In this document: one piece after another, positions 24,593 through 24,624 of the stretch
How positions within the stretch are numbered: the stretch's first letter is position 1
Layout: the number at the start of each line of letters is the position of its first letter
Origin: an uncultured Gammaproteobacteria bacterium
GTDB taxonomy: Bacteria > Patescibacteriota > Microgenomatia > Curtissbacterales > GWA2-41-24
DNA length: 24,624 nucleotides
NCBI GenBank assembly: GCA_964357165.1
Contig: CAYHKI010000001.1
Span: 1-24,624 of the forward strand
Direction: 5' to 3'
The notes under the pieces: model-generated
Databases searched by the model: none
Seen by the model: the letters and a program-made list of their open reading frames with translations, nothing else
Told to the model about the DNA's origin: nothing
Made by a program: the position numbers and the translations under genes

Positions 24593-24624
24593 AGATCGGA
24601 AGAGAAACCTTCTGAACACAAGAC
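24593..24624 (+). other. Degraded Illumina TruSeq adapter (sequencing artefact)
   Basis: AGATCGGAAGAGAAACCTTCTGAACACAAGAC matches AGATCGGAAGAGCACACGTCTGAACTCCAGTC at 25 of 32 positions ungapped, with the first 12 exact, at the very end of the window. Confidence 0.9.

Noticed and set aside
1-24624. CRISPR array, cas genes, rRNA, prophage structural genes
   Set aside because: No regularly spaced repeat-spacer series, rRNA-like segment or capsid/terminase/tail motifs were seen by eye.

Overview
This 24.6 kb low-GC bacterial window uses code 11 (TGA is used as a stop). Its gene content suggests a CPR/Patescibacteria-type genome (inference only). The left part (1-9.4 kb) is a mosaic of small genes: a DUF3800 gene followed by a structured hairpin, a truncated IS481-like transposase, a PLD-domain protein, a NUDIX hydrolase, a LapA-domain protein, an EEP-family enzyme, a glycosyltransferase fragment and several orphans. 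It also holds tRNA-Pro(TGG), whose 3' 52 bp are exactly duplicated about 0.8 kb downstream, bracketing only a Phd/YefM-VapC toxin-antitoxin pair. The right part (9.4-24.6 kb) is an integrative element anchored at tRNA-Gly(TCC). It carries a large serine recombinase whose last 20 codons run antisense through the tRNA, a VirD4-like ATPase, a Replic_Relax-type relaxase, and a defence cargo. The cargo is (i) an XRE-HTH plus IrrE/ImmA peptidase pair (CapH/CapP-like) divergent from a three-gene CBASS-like operon (unrecognised single-TM alpha/beta protein, CD-NTase, E2-like/SEC-C protein), and (ii) a type I restriction-modification system whose hsdS carries a 1-nt frameshift. The last 32 nt are a degraded Illumina adapter, so the contig ends here and the element's far boundary is not visible. 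Family assignments come from motif recognition by eye, not from database searches.
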